Assembly: GCA_038087875.1 (NCBI GenBank)
Contig: CM075982.1
Coordinates: forward strand, 13,702,001-13,766,000
DNA length: 64,000 nt
Direction: 5' to 3'
From: Malacoraja senta
Taxonomy: Eukaryota
Position 1 is the stretch's first letter. The number at the start of each line of letters is the position of its first letter. This document shows positions 13,253 to 26,057 of the stretch, in pieces. The notes beneath the pieces were generated by a model. That model was not told the origin of the DNA, made no database searches, and saw nothing but the letters and a program-made list of their open reading frames with translations. A program made the position numbers and the translations under genes.

Positions 13253-14120
13253 ATAGACCATCTGGGACCCATTGGGTCCCTGTCACATGGGAGGCCTGGT
13301 CCCCCAATGCAATATTCCACCACTCATTCATAGCCCCCATAGGAAGCCTCGTCCCCCAACATAAGCTGTTACCCCAACGCAACATTCCATCACTCACCCA
13401 TAGCCCCCACCTGCGCAGGGGCGGCTCATTTCCCCTTATTCACCCTTTAAAAAAAAAACTTGCTGCCAGGAATATTAAAATAAGATGCACCCTCCCTCAT
13501 TAAACTTTTTTTTTAAAATCCTTGCTGCCAGGAATATTTAAAAAAAAAGGATTGCAACATTGTAGCTTGCAATTGCACTTGCGAGGGCTGGCAGGACTCA
13601 GTGTCCTGGGATTGTAACATTGTAACCTGGGATGGCTACAATCTCATTGTGAAGTCGTAGCTGCAGAGGGAAGAGTTTTTTCTCAAATTGGGATTTTTTA
13701 AAGTAAAAAATGTGAATTACATGTAAAATATAACATCAATCTGAACGAAATTTGATACACAACACCACAGGACAATTGTGAGTAAGGTGGTGCAAAATTC
13801 ATAGCACCGTTGTGCACCGTTTTGGCGTAGTTCCGGGATCACAACACACACACACAGGCAGACACGCACACACATAGTCACAGACAAGATGAGAGTTTCA
13901 GTAATATATACTACACCAACTGGGACCAGTTGGGTCCCTGTCACACGGGAGGCCTGGTCCCCCAATGCAATATTACACCACTCACCCATAGTCCCCAAAG
14001 GTGGCCTGGTCCCCCAACGCAAGCCGTTCCCAACCGCAATATTCCACCACTCACCCTTTCCCACAACGCAAGCTGTTCCCCCAACGCATTATTCCAGCAC
14101 TCACCCATAGTCCCCAACTA
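13253..14120 (-). mobile_element. Two head-to-tail non-autonomous Helitron units
   Basis: 3' hairpin gggacccattgggtccc with a CTAG-like end at 13253; 5' motif caagatgagagtttcagtaatatata ending at 13910; a second 3' end starts at 13911. Confidence 0.75.
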
Positions 14121-15360
14121 CACAAAGAACATTTACTACAAAATCTCTCATGATTTGACAATGATCACTAACACCACCACACTGTGCAGACATCTGCAGA
14201 CAGGGGGAAAATATGTTCCTATCGGTTTTGGCTAGAATCCAGGTGACAAACGCTAGAATTTCAGATTGTGTGTTTGCCCTATATTTTGATCCTGCCCTTC
14301 ATAATCATTGTCAAAGTACATCAAAGACAAGATCAATAATAGGTTACACCATGTTGTAGCTGCACAAATAATACCAGAAAGATATGAGATCGAAGATTTA
14401 GACATTTGGATTAAATCTTCCGACACTGAATGCCGGAAAGGTGTTGTTGCAATCTTAAACCTTTCCAGTAAAAAAGGTCACATTAATCAGCGAAACTATG
14501 AAAAAATGGAGATAGGGAAGTTTGAATAAACATGCAAGCTGTAATAGTGAAGTTTCTCTCATAATTCCCAGCTGTAAGGATCCTACATTGTTAGTTGGCA
14601 TCAAAAAGAAGTGGACTCATTCACTGAAATGAGGGAAGGAGAGAGATTCATAATATGAAAAACAAGTTGATCTATGTGCATTTCACCAGATTTTGAAATT
14701 GAGCTTCAAATCGCTTCAGAGTAGTCTAGATCTCCTGCAAAAATAGATAATGATGCAGCATTCATAGTATAGTGTTAATTAATATTAAATTACAATCTCA
14801 TTCAAGAAGGCTAAATCACTCTCTTACCCACCAGACCATTTTGTCATTAATTTTATGAGCCTTACCCCATCACTAGTAAAATGTTATAAAAAACCTTTCA
14901 AAAGTTCTAGAAAATTCACTCGTTCATTCTCAAACATTAGTTAGATTAAACTACTTTACCCCTATCTTTAATTGCACTTCTAAATCTACAATGAATATAT
15001 GTGGTGCTGGCATGCTTTAAATATGCACAGATAAACCTTTGAAAATGGAGTTTATACCTCTTCCGAGCATCCAAAAGCTTCTGCAGAGATGAATAATGAT
15101 GAAAGCTGTTGGGAGGCCAAGAAGCCTACTTGTTGTTGGTGACATTCTTCTGTCGGGTGATGCAACAGCACAGCAATAATTTAAATCATTTTTACACTTG
15201 CTGATGTTTGTCATAAATTAATATCAGAAGCGTCCTTTTGGGCAAGTGCACATGTCTAGCCAATGCAGCACATAGAAGTTAAAGGTGGAGCAAGGGCTGC
15301 AAATGGCATCATTTAATGTTTTTAAACTGTTCTCTAGATAATAAAGTGAGTGTGGGAGCA

Positions 15361-15610
15361 GCAGCAATTAGGACAATATGTAAGCCTCTGCATTTGCCAG
15401 ATCTTCAAAGGAATTAGATATGTCCCACTTCTCTTTCCTAAAAGCCCAAAACTTCCTTCCAAATCAAGTATAAATTCTCGTTTGAGTTATCATTCAATCT
15501 GCTATCAATGCCATTTAAGATGATGCTCTCCAGATTGTACATCAATTCCAAAAGGTGCCAACACGTTTTGGAAATGAAATTCTGTCTGTGTGATAGGTTT
15601 CTGTTTGAGA
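15361..15610 (+). repeat. 250-bp flank segment, copy 1 of an inverted duplication
   Basis: Reverse complement of 16710-16959 with about 6 mismatches counted by eye. Confidence 0.95.
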
Positions 15611-16709
15611 TACAGAAATACCCGCCATTGTTGTTCCACTGTCATCCCTGCTAGGGTATCTTTCCAGTCAACTTTGGCCAACTCCTCCCTCATGGCTCCA
15701 TAATCCCCTTTGCTCAACTGTAATACCGACACCTCCGATTTACCCTTCTCCCTCTCACATTGTAGATTAAAACTTATCATATTATGGTCACTGCCTCCTA
15801 ATGGCTCCTTTACCTCGAGTTCCCTTATCAAATCCAGTTCATTGCACAACACTAAGTCTGGAATTGCCTTCTCCCTGGTAGGCTCCAGTACAAGCTGCTC
15901 TAAGAATCCATCAAGGAGGCACTCCACAAACTCCCTTTCTTGGGGTCGAGTTCCAACCTGATTTTCCCAGTCTACCTACATGTTGAAATCTCCTATAACC
16001 ACTGTAGCATTACCTTTGCGACATGCCAATTTTAACTTTTGATTCAACTTGCACCCTGTATCCAGGCTATTGTTTGAGGGTCTGTAGATAACTCCCATTA
16101 GGGTCTTCTTATCTTTAGAATTCCTCATTTCTATCCATACTGACGCTACATCTCCTGATTCTATATCACCCCTCGCAAGGGACTGAATTCCATTCGTCAC
16201 CAACAGAGCTACCCCACCCCCTCTGACCACCTGTCTGTCTTTTCGGTTCCCAGCCCTGGTCCTCTTGCAGCTATGTCTCTGTAATTCCTGCATCATACTT
16301 GCCAATTTCTAACTGAGCCTCAAGTTATTTCTTATACTTCGCGCATTCATATACAACACTTAGACTTTGGTATTCGCCTCCCCTCTCACAACGGTCACTA
16401 TTGGCTCTGACCTTACTCTCTTATCCCTTCTCGAGTTTTCATTCCCATTCATTGGGGAGTTTTTGTAACTTTTCCTGTACTCACTTCCCCTTAAACTCCA
16501 TCTTTATACTCTCAATATGTCTATCTCCCTCCCCCCCCCCCCCCCCCCACTATTTAGTTTAAATGCACACGTGTAGCACTAGATAACCACCCTGGAAGTC
16601 CTGCTTTTCAGTCTTCTTCCTAACTCTAAACCCGCGTTGCAGAGCCTCCTTCCTCTTCTTCCCGACGTTGTTTGTGCCCACATGCACAACTACTGCCGGT
16701 TGTTCACCT
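15611..16709 (-). mobile_element. CR1 LINE 5' part (APE endonuclease), inverted
   Basis: Minus ORFs: RGGGVALLV...MGVIYRP...GDFN; PTREKAIPDLVL...LGGSDHNMISF. Confidence 0.9.
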
Positions 16710-16959
16710 TCTCAAACAGAAACCTATCACACAGACAGAATTTCATTTCCAAAACGTGTTGGCACCTTTTGGAATTGATGTACAATCTAGAGAGCATCAT
16801 CTTAAATGGCATTGATAGCAGATTCAATGATAACTCAAAAGAGAATTTATACTTAATTTGGAAGGAAGTTTTGGGCTTTTAGGAAAGAGAAGTGGGACAT
16901 ATCTAATTCCTTTGAAGTTCTGGCATATGCAGAGGCTTACATATTGTCCTAATTGCTGC
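16710..16959 (-). repeat. 250-bp flank segment, inverted copy 2
   Basis: Reverse complement of 15361-15610. Confidence 0.95.
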
Positions 16960-18990
16960 AGGATTGGTTCATTCCAAAGAGGAAGAAAGATTCCAAGGGG
17001 AGTAAGGGGCGACCATGGCTGAGGATAAAAATAAAAGAGGAATATAACATAGCAAAGATGAGCGGGAAGCGAGAGTATTGGGTAACTTTTAAAGAGCTAT
17101 AGAAGATAACTAAAAAGGCAATACGGGGAGAAAAGATGAGGTACGAAGGTAAGTTAGCCAAGAATATAAAGGAGGATAGTAAAAGCTTCTTTAGGTATGT
17201 GAAGAGGAAAAAACTAGTTAAGGCCAAAGTTGGACCCTTGAAGACTGAAAAGGGTGAATTTATTATGGGGAATAAGGAAATGGCAGATGAGTTGAACAGG
17301 TACTTTTGATCCATCATCACTAAGGAGGACACAAACAATCTTCCTGATGTACTAGCCAGAGGATCTGGGATGGCGGATGAACTGAAGGCGATTCACATTA
17401 GGAAGGAAATGGTGTTGGGTAGACTGATGGGACTGAAGGCTGATAAATCCCCAGGGCCTGATGGTCTGCATCCCAGGGTACTTAAGGAAGTGGCTCTAGA
17501 AATCGTGGATGCATTGGTGATCATTTTGCAATTTTCTATAGATTCAGGATCAGTTCCTGTGGATTGGAGGGTAGCTAATGTTGTCTCACTCTGCGGCAGA
17601 GAGGAAATGGGGAATTATAGACCAGTTAGCCTGACATCGGTGGTGGGGAAGATGCTGGTCAATAATAAAAGATGAACTAGTGGCACATTTGGATAGCAGT
17701 AGCAGGCTCGGTCCGAGTCAGCATGGATTTACGAAGGGGAAATCATGCTTGACTAATCTTCTGGAATTTTTTGAGGATGTAACCAGGATAATGGACAAGG
17801 AAGAGCCAGTGGATGTAGTGTACCTGGACTTTCAGAAAGCATTTGATAAGGTCACACATAGGAGATTAGTGGGCAAAATTAGAGCACATGGTATTGGGGG
17901 TAAGGTGCTGACATGGATAGAAAATTGGTTGGCAGACAGCAAACAAAGGGTAGGAATTAACGGGTCCCTTTCAGAACGGCAGGCAGTGACTAGTGGGATA
18001 CCCCAAGGCTCGGTGCTGGGACCGTAGCTATTTACAATATATATTAATGATTTGGATGAAGGGATTAAAAGTAACATTAGCAAATTTGCAGATGACACAA
18101 AGCTGGGTGGCAGTGTGAACTGTGAGGAGGATGCTATGAGGATGCAGGGTGACTTGGACAGGTTGGGTGAGTGGGCAGGTGCATGGCAGATGCCGTTTAA
18201 TGTGGATAAATGTGAGGTTATCCACTTAGGAGGCAAAAACAGGAAGGCAGATTATTATCTAAGTGGTGTCAAGTTGGGAAAAGGGAAAGTACAACGGGAT
18301 CTGGGGTTCCTTGTTCATCAGTCACTGAAAGTATGCATGCAGGTACAGCAGGCAGTGAAGAAAGTGAATGGCATGTTGGCCTTCATAACAAGAGGAGTTG
18401 AGTATAGGAGAAAAGAGGTCCTCCTGCAGTTGTACAGGGCCCTAGTGAGACCACACCTGGAGTATTGTGTGCAGTTTTGGTCTCCAAGCTTGAGGAAGGA
18501 CATTCTTGCTATTGATGGAGTTCACGAGGTTAATTCCCGGGATGGCGGGATTGTCATATGTTGATAGATTGGAGAGGCTGGGCTTGTATACTCTGGAATT
18601 TAGAAGGATGAGAGGGGATCTTATTGAAACATATAAGATTATTAAGGGTTTGAAAAAGCTAGAGGTAGGAAACATGTTCCCAATGTTGGGGAGTCCAAAA
18701 CCAGGGCCATAGTTTAAGAAAAGTGGTAAGCCATATAGAACGGAGAATTTAGAATTTTCACACAGAGAGTTGTGTGGAATTCTCTGCCTCAGAGGGCGAT
18801 GGAGGCTGGTTCTCTGGATGCTTTCAAGAGAGAGTTAGATAGAGTTCTTAGGGATAGCGGAGTTAAAGGATATGGAGAGAAGGCAGGAACGGGGTACTGA
18901 TCGTGGATGATCAGCAATGATCACATTGACTGGCGGTGCTGGCTCAAAGGGCCGAATGGCCTACCCCTGCACCTATTGTCTATTGCCTAT
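16960..18990 (+). mobile_element. CR1 LINE RT region and 3' end, disrupted
   Basis: KSPGPDGLHPRVLKE, NYRPVSLTS, YLDFQKAFDKV, PQGSVLGP, KFADDTK, RPHLEYCVQFWSP; (tattgtc)n-like tail. Confidence 0.95.
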
Positions 18991-19452
18991 AAGTACATTT
19001 CCATTTTGTGAGATCAAAGAACATTTTCTTGGACAATGCAAATCTATGTAGTTTTAACTGCTAATACTTTTCACATGGTGGTGTCTTTAAATTTGGCATT
19101 CGACAATCTAAAATTGAGCTATTTATGTTTCAATATCTTTATAGTTCTGTATATTTTTATATGTATAGACCTGTTCTGATGAGTGCATTGTCAGGACTTT
19201 GAATTGGAAGCTCTTTAAACATGGTGCTAAGTTGCCATATATGTCAGATATCCAAGTAATCGGTAGGAAAAGCAAACATTGGCGGGATTCCACACAACAT
19301 TCCTAAGCAGCGTTTCCATTGTAAATGTTCCACAACTGAAGAATAATTTAAAGATTTATTATAATATCAGTTAAACATTCTCATAATTTTGGAATGATTT
19401 TTTTTTAAAAGCATTAACCAGGATGTTTCTATTCCTTTTCTTTTGAGTGTAA

Positions 19453-20080
19453 AGGGCCTGTCCCACTTAGGCTATTTTTAGGCAACTACTGGTGACTAGG
19501 CTGTCGCCCCATGGTCGCCGAGGTGTCTCCTGTATGGTCATGTAGTCTCCTCAGTCGCCCAAATCGTCGTAGCGACTTTTTGGCGCTGCTGGATTCACAA
19601 CATGTTCAAAAAATTTCGGCAATATTTGGCTTGACGCCAATGAGCGTAGCTTGACTTCTCCTGTCGTAGTTGCTGTCGTAGGTTGTTGCCAGGATGATGT
19701 AGGTTGTCGCCAGGTGACGTAGGTTGTCGCCGGTGCTGACTTCGGCGAATTCCATTGGCGACTACCTACGTCAACCGGCGACAGGTACTGGCGACTGATT
19801 TGTCTTCAGTTGTCTTCAGTTGTCGCCGACAGGGTCGTAGCTTGTCGCAGGTGGATGTAGGTTGTCATAGGTGTGGTCGTAGGTGGATGTCCTAATGGGT
19901 CACCGGTTGTCGGTAGCTTGCCGTAGCTTGACGTCGACTAGGTGGCAGGTTGTTGTAGCTTGTTGTTAACATTGTCGTAGACATTGTCTCGGGGAGTCCA
20001 GTCGATGGTTTTTCGGCGACCTGCTACGACTCTGACAGTCACCGGCAGTCACCTAAAAAATCGCCTGTGAGACAGGCCCT
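19453..20080. mobile_element. PIF/Harbinger-type MITE
   Basis: TIR agggcctgtcccac...gtgagacaggccct; TAA on both sides; internal gtaggttgtcg-type repeats. Confidence 0.85.
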
Positions 20081-21662
20081 TAACATATTGCATTTCATTA
20101 GATCTTCTTATCGAGTCCACATCACAAGATTAGAAATTGTTCAGCCAGAGCTGAACATATTTCCCGGCATCTGCATACAATGGCATCATGTGTTTCTTGT
20201 GCTTCTTGTGCGTAGTGGTGGAAAGATTGGTTGAAACAGGCGTGAACGGTCTTTCCTTGATCCCATTTCATTAGATGTACTTGATTTTTTTTTAATGAAA
20301 AAGATGTTTCGCTTTTTTTAGTTGTTAATAACATATGTTTCATGGTATCCATATTGGAGATTCAGTCTAGATTTTGTTCATAAGATTATTTTAATAAAAA
20401 TTGGCATGCAACCCAGAATTTACTCAACTTCTTTCTGCCACCATCACAGTGCGATTTGCTGGCGTAAATGATGTTTCTACCTGAGAAAAATCTGCAAAAA
20501 AGTACTTGACATTGACTGACCTTCTCAAACTTCTCTTTGCAGTTATCACTGAAAACTTAAGCCTCATCCCTATGCTTCTTGAATCATCCTTATTTCTTGA
20601 ACTATAGCCGTTAAATTGGTACTATTGTTCATATATTTTACTACTGAATTTTGCTAGTTTTGGAAGGAGGTTAAAATTCTGGATGTGTAGTTCCATTGCA
20701 GATTTGAAGATAAATTCTGCATTTGAAGAACAAAAAGTAAAATTTATGCCATGTGTAATCCATGGAGGCAAAGGCTCAAATATCTTCTGCCTTAAGAGAA
20801 TCATCTGCTATGTAACGCACTCTTTACTACCAAACTAGATAAAGAACTAGGTTTCGTTCCTTCTTGATAACTGTTTTCACCTCTGAGTTTCTGCCTTGTT
20901 CTTAATTCTTCTGAATTCAACCCTCCCTAGTCCCTGTCTTTATCTTTGTTGTCCTGCAAAGGTTAGTGTAGACCTTCAGATTAGTTTTAACTTCTTGATT
21001 TAACCATTATGGGTTCTGTCTCCCGTTTGATTGATTGAATTGAATTGAATTTATTCTCCATTTATTTTGCATTTGATTTCTTAAATTGAATTTTTGTCAT
21101 CTGTCTTTTTTTTTCCTTTTCCTGTGTCATTCTATAATTCTGTTTCCTATGTAATTCATTTATCACAGTTCTGACATGAATAGATTATCAAAATTAATGG
21201 GTGGAAATTTGTTTGAAGCTTGCTAACCTTTGCCTCTGATTTTTTAAATATATGCTCTCTCTTTGCAAAGCATTTTGCAGGGAATGCTCATTTGTACACC
21301 TAAATCTAATATAACATTTGTTCAGTAGCTTGCTTTCTATGTCATGTTAAGAATCATTCACTAATTACTTCTATGAAATTATTTGTTCTTTTACCCTTTT
21401 TCTTTGCTCATCTCTGGTCTGATTGTAATCCATCTTGGATCTGATAATCACATTATAGTTTCCTTCGGCTTCACTTACTTGCCTGAATAGTTTCCATTGT
21501 TCTATGCATCTTTAGCTCGTGGTCGAACTCAGTTCTAATTCATGTTTTGTTGCTATGACCATTAATTTCCACATCAATGCTAATGGAATCTTCCCCTTTG
21601 TTTTTTTAAAAGATTTCCAAATGCTTTCTTACATCCCAGTTTACCCACGAGCTACACAGATT

Positions 21663-22091
21663 TGGGCAGTGGGCAGGTGCTATAGACCTGCACGGGAAGG
21701 TAGGCGCTCCCGCCCCCATGAGCTCGGGCAGATGGGGCTCGTCAGCCTGGGAAGGCAGTCCATCTAGGAGAGGGAAAACTCCGATTTACAACCTCCACTG
21801 CCTTGTGGCCATATCCAGTCATGGAAAAGGTTCCAGCAGTAAACCTCAAGAAAATCCAGAGTCGGAGCCCCTAAGGCAGTTTGTCGTTCTCTACAATCTC
21901 GCTCTGGCAGCTCCTGTGACGCGCTGGTGCCAAACTGTAATGGCCCTGCTGCTCCTTTGGATCGATCAGCGACGTGGAGAGGGGGGACGTGCTGCATGGG
22001 CAACAGCATGTCCTACATATGACATCGCCCAGGCTTGCATCCGACTAGGATGCATCACCCATGGTCAGTCATGACCGAGGAGGGCCTACTA
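21663..22091 (+). mobile_element. Short non-autonomous retroposon, probably RTE-derived
   Basis: 11-bp TSD ctacacagatt (21652-21662, 22092-22102); (cta)n tail; motif cagcctgggaaggcagtccatctaggagagggaaaactc resembles RTE 5' UTRs; no tRNA head. Confidence 0.7.
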
Positions 22092-22165
22092 CTACACAGA
22101 TTAATCTCTCAGAATAGTTTGTACTTGATTCTGTTATGTGGTTGCAGTCAGATTCTTATAGTCTA

Positions 22166-22866
22166 CTTGACCAAGTGGGACCCGTTGGGTCCTGTCCCCT
22201 CAACGCGCGGCGTCACACACACACTAACCACCCCCCACACACACACTAACCAAACTCCCCACACACACACTAACCAAACCCCCCACACACACACTAACCA
22301 CCCTCCTTGATATTATATTAATATTCTTCATTGGCAACTTTTACCCCATCCCCACCCTATCCACTGACGCATAGCCCCAACTCGCAGGCGCGTCTAGAGG
22401 GAGGGGGGGTTAGAGAGGGGGGGAGAGAGAGGGGGGAGAGAGAAGGGGGGAGAGAGAAGGGGGGAGAGAGAAGGGGGGAGAGAGAAGGGGGGAGAGAGAA
22501 GGGGGGAGAGAGAGGGGGGGAGAGAGAGGGGGGGAGAGAGAGGGGGGGAGAGAGAGAGAGAGGTGGTGGAGGCCCGGGCCGAGCCGAGGACCGGATCCGG
22601 GCCGAGCCAAGGACCAGACCGGACCCGAGTTGAGCCGAGCCAGCCAGCCGAGCCAGCCAGCCGAGTCTTTTGAATAACCGGGGGGGGGGGGGGGGTGGTC
22701 GAGGGCGGTGACGTCACTCGCAGCGCGTGCAAGAAGGGCTCCGAGCAAGCCGAGCGAGCCAGCTGAGTGTTTTGATTAACTGGGGGGGGGGGGGGGGGTA
22801 AGTGGTCGGGGGGGTGACGTCACACACACATCCACATCCAAGATTAGAGTTTTATAAGTATAGAGA
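22166..22866 (-). mobile_element. Non-autonomous Helitron
   Basis: Minus strand starts TC(tctatacttataaaactc) and ends with hairpin ggacccaacgggtccc then acttggtCAAG; sits between A and T; cargo includes a (G/A)n tract and two tgacgtca-containing repeats. Confidence 0.8.
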
Positions 22867-23499
22867 TATGACAAATATTTTCTATGACAATTTCAACCTT
22901 TACATCTAAAAGACAAGGTTTAACACTACTTAACCAAATCAACAAGGTGGGAATGTGATCAAAACCGTTGACCAGGACCACCTTGATATTTTCATCCATC
23001 GTTCATGTCTGGTGCAGCTTTATCTGATTTTGCTGTTTGGAAAGGAATGTGTAGCCTCGTTAAATGCAAAAGTCAAGGTGTGATGATATCACAGACTGTG
23101 CCCGTGTCCACTCCAGTTTCACATTGTTTTCACTCGAGAAAGCCCACAGCCATGTTGTGGAGCATCATGTGGAGATTTTTCTCTTTATGCTTTGTTCATT
23201 AACAATGGTAAGGAGTTTCCCAATGCTGTTTAATCACATAAAAGTCAGTAAAGCAATTGCATGGCCCAGGCACTAGGGCGATAGAGCAGACATTCCTATA
23301 AATGAGGATCATGACAGACCTTCAAAATTTAACCAATCCAGGAAATATAACTGAAGCCAGAATATTGCCAGATAGATGCAAGCAAGTTGCTAATGCAGAA
23401 GGTCATGCAAATCTGTGAATTCTTGACATGACAATGGGTTCCGACATAAGGGGAGGTAAAATAGCAGCAGATGCAGTCTAAGAAAAACTCATCCCTTGA

Positions 23500-24370
23500 T
23501 TCACTCATCCCTTCCCATCCAACCCACCTTCTCCCCCAGCTACTTTTCCCTGTAACTGCAGGAGATATAACACTTGTCCCTACACCTGCTCCCTCACCTC
23601 CATCCAGGGACCCCAGCAATCCTTCCAGGTGAGACAGAGACAGAGATTAACATGCACCTCTTCCAACCTCACCTACGCCATTCGATACTCCCGATGTAGT
23701 CTCATTTTCATCGGCGAGACCAAGTGTAAACAAGCCGATTGCTTTACCAAACACTTGCATTCTGTCCACCAAGGCCTGCTGGACCTCCCAGCTGCTAACA
23801 ATTGTAATTACCCTTCCCTTACCAAGCTAACTGTCATTGGCTTTCTACATTGCCAGAGTGAGGCTATACCCAAATTTGGGGAGCAGCATCTCATATTTTG
23901 CTTGGGTATGAACATTGAATTCTTCAATTTCAAATAATACCCTTTTGTTCCTCTCTCTTCTCTGTGCCCTCCACACCGGTACGCACCCATTTCTCCCACT
24001 ATCTCCCATCCTCCTAGTCACTCTGCTCCTTTCCCCTCCTTTAGACACTCATCTCACCTCGCCGGAGCCCTCATTTCCTTTTATCCCCATCTCTTTCCAC
24101 ATACATCCCTCCCATTAGCTTTAGATTTCACTCCTCTTCTCTCCCTCTGTCTCCTTTATCACTTACTTCACCCATCAACCAATCAAAATTCACCTATCAC
24201 TCGTCAGGCTTTGTTCCCCCTCCCCCCCCTCACTAGTATCAGTCTGAAGAAGAGACCTGACCCAAAATGCCGTCTCTCCATTCCCCTTACAGATGTTGCC
24301 TGACGCAATGTTCCTCCAGCACTTTGTTCTTTGATCAAGATTCCGACATTTGCATTCCCTTGTGTCTCTC
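23500..24370 (+). mobile_element. Penelope GIY-YIG 3' fragment plus pLTR (old)
   Basis: TCTSSNLTYAIRYSRCSLIFIGETK...EQHLIFCLG; ctgaaga core at ~24244. Confidence 0.85.
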
Positions 24371-24566
24371 ATACTGTCTTTCCTGCCAAAGATGCATGGA
24401 CAAATAATTGCAATGGATGTGCTTAAAACGTCTTATAAAAGAAATATAGGGTTACCCAGGAACTCAAAACTAGTAGACAAATTTCAAGCCATAATTGGCA
24501 TCAAATTAACCGATCTTGGTATCTTGCTAGACAATTTTTACAACCATACGACTAGGTTTAGAAGTA

Positions 24567-24627
24567 CTTGGGTATGAACATTGAATTCTTCAATTTCAAA
24601 TAATACCCTTTTGTTCCTCTCTCTTCT
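24567..24627 (+). repeat. Exact 61-bp copy of 23901-23961
   Basis: Direct identity seen in the sequence. Confidence 0.9.
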
Positions 24628-26057
24628 TTGGACACCCAAAAAGATTCTTAAATCATATGTTGAAAGACATGACTTAAAGAATACAAAGTATGAGAGCCAT
24701 CAAAACACTATGAAGTATTATGAAGGTAACTATTACAAGTGATCATAATATAATGTTGGTGACCTTCACCATGAAACTGAAGTCTGATGTAATCTGTGAA
24801 ACCGACAAATCTACAGGAGAATGAGGTAGGCAAGCCAGGAGAGAATCAATGAGAAATGTCAGAAGATAGAACTGAAAGTGGCAGATGACAGTGAAGCAAG
24901 TTTCTGTAACATTAAAAATTCTATCGATGATCAAACAGCATAGATCTTTCATTAATAGAAGGCAGAGATGGAGACATTTAAACAGATGGTAGGAAGTATT
25001 GACTTGCTGGACAGAATATAACAGAAAAATGTTCACCTATTAATGTTCACCTATCAATGTAAGCCAAGCATTCGCAGTACAGAGACAGAAAATGACACAA
25101 CTTCACTAGTGTTCAGACAGGCTATCATTACTATACTCACTGCAAAATCACCTGCAGTTGACCATATAGCTGTAGTGTTCAGAAAGCATGGTGATTAAAG
25201 CAATGATCACGCTATGGCAAACATTTTCCAGAAGAGATGATCACAGTGATTAAAGCCATTCAGAAATTTACCAAGATGAAAGAAAGTTAATCTTTGTCAA
25301 TGATAATATATTAATACAGTTTTATCTGTCACCTGTTACAGGTCAAATTAAAGGACAGGCTGCGACAAGCAGCATAATTTTATCAACTTTGTGAAAGGCT
25401 TCCGATAGTGTTCGTGAGGAACTATAACAATGAAGAAGGAATTGTGGAAATGATTCTGTCCTTGCACGAGAACCCAAATAGGGTAGAGTTTGTAAATGGA
25501 ATAATCCAGTAGCTTCTTTTCAACTATTGTTCCTAATCAGTAAGATCCGTATTTCTTCATTTTGTTATCTTCATGGAAAACATAAAAGAAGAAGAAACAT
25601 GAGTATTTTACTGAAACAGTATCCAAAGGAAATAGAATTATTACTGAATTCTATTGGTGCTATTGATCTAATTACTGGAACTGAACAAGAATTGCAGGAT
25701 CAAACAAGATCTTACGAAGCAAAGCACCCACAGAATGGAGATCAGCTTTGAACAAAAGCTGTTTTAATTAACCCAACTCAATTCTATCTGTAATACAAGT
25801 GTAACAATGAATGCCTAGAATCTTTAAATACTTGGATCTCACTATCACATCAAGTGGAATCGCAGCTGTTGAAATAACAAAAGAGCATCAAGAGCTTCTC
25901 ATACCAAAAACAGATTTTACCAACCACATGCATCCATTGATTTGTGTAATAGATTGTCAAAGTTAAGAACTCAATAACAAGTATAGCATTTGAAATAAAA
26001 TGATATTGTAAAGCCCTGAGGATTTTGTATCTGAACAAACCAAAACATGAGAAAATA

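Noticed and set aside
21730-21760. Minus-strand CUGACGA as a hammerhead core
   Set aside because: No downstream GAAA or stem II arrangement.
24630-26040. Coding-like A-rich stretches (also 9780-11050 and 20100-21000) as decayed genes or transposases
   Set aside because: No recognisable motif or sustained frame; needs a translated homology search.
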